Position numbers and translations under genes: made by a program. The notes under the pieces were generated by a model, which worked only from the letters and a program-made list of their open reading frames with translations, made no database searches and was not told where the DNA came from. Shown piece by piece: positions 38,609 through 38,722 of a stretch of 38,722 nt of DNA (the stretch's first letter is position 1; each line of letters opens with the position of its first letter). This DNA comes from an uncultured Myxococcia bacterium (lineage in GTDB: Bacteria; CAZTWC01): positions 1-38,722 of the forward strand of contig CAZTWC010000006.1 of assembly GCA_964617105.1 (NCBI GenBank), given 5' to 3'.

Positions 38609-38637
38609 ATAATGCCCCCTTTGTTTTCAAATGTCAA
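38609..38637 (-). promoter_or_regulatory. Candidate sigma70 promoter upstream of the membrane-protein/pel genes
   Basis: Minus strand TTGACA (38637-38632), 17-nt spacer, CATTAT (38614-38609). Confidence 0.45.
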
Positions 38638-38722
38638 TAATGGCTGGCAATAGAGTGCACTCTTAATAATGGCCATCTTCTTCAACCTGTTTTTCAACCA
38701 TCCAAGATGGCGCTTTTACGCC

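Noticed and set aside
38663-38722. 3' end of an upstream minus-strand gene (GVKAPSWMVEKQVEEDGHY*)
   Set aside because: Too short to choose a frame or assign a product.
1-38722. CRISPR array, tRNA/rRNA genes, IS elements, DGR
   Set aside because: No regularly spaced repeats, cloverleaf-like sequences, transposase or reverse transcriptase ORFs were recognised by eye. A covariance-model search would be needed to exclude small RNAs.

Overview
Bacterial chromosomal window from what looks like an anaerobic diderm (Desulfobacterota/deltaproteobacterial-like gene content; this is inference). It has one scaffold gap (Ns at 35439-35482). The left half (1-19.4 kb) is metabolic. It holds a leuC(3' end)-leuD pair and a 2-oxoacid:acceptor oxidoreductase operon whose delta subunit is fused to a GltD-type NAD(P)H flavoprotein. 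Next come a solitary HipA-family YjjJ-like kinase with an apparently leaderless promoter, and a minus-strand run with an amidohydrolase, two more LeuC/LeuD-family pairs flanking a homoisocitrate/isocitrate-type dehydrogenase, and a tungsten aldehyde oxidoreductase cluster (aorB-aorA-moaD-aorC plus a small Zn-ribbon gene). DAHP synthase and TyrA close this half. The right half (19.4-38.5 kb) is a Pel-type exopolysaccharide locus with unusual architecture. PelA is split into separate hydrolase and deacetylase genes, and PelB into a membrane-anchored TPR protein and a TPR/barrel protein. pelDEFG is intact. pelC plus the hydrolase are displaced about 5 kb downstream, behind a block encoding a lipoprotein CotH-family kinase, a DUF1566-type protein, an outer-membrane protein and a STAS protein. 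The deacetylase gene carries a frameshifting microhomology-type deletion (real or assembly artefact). No rRNA, tRNA, CRISPR array or transposase was recognised. All family calls come from motif recognition by eye, not from database searches.
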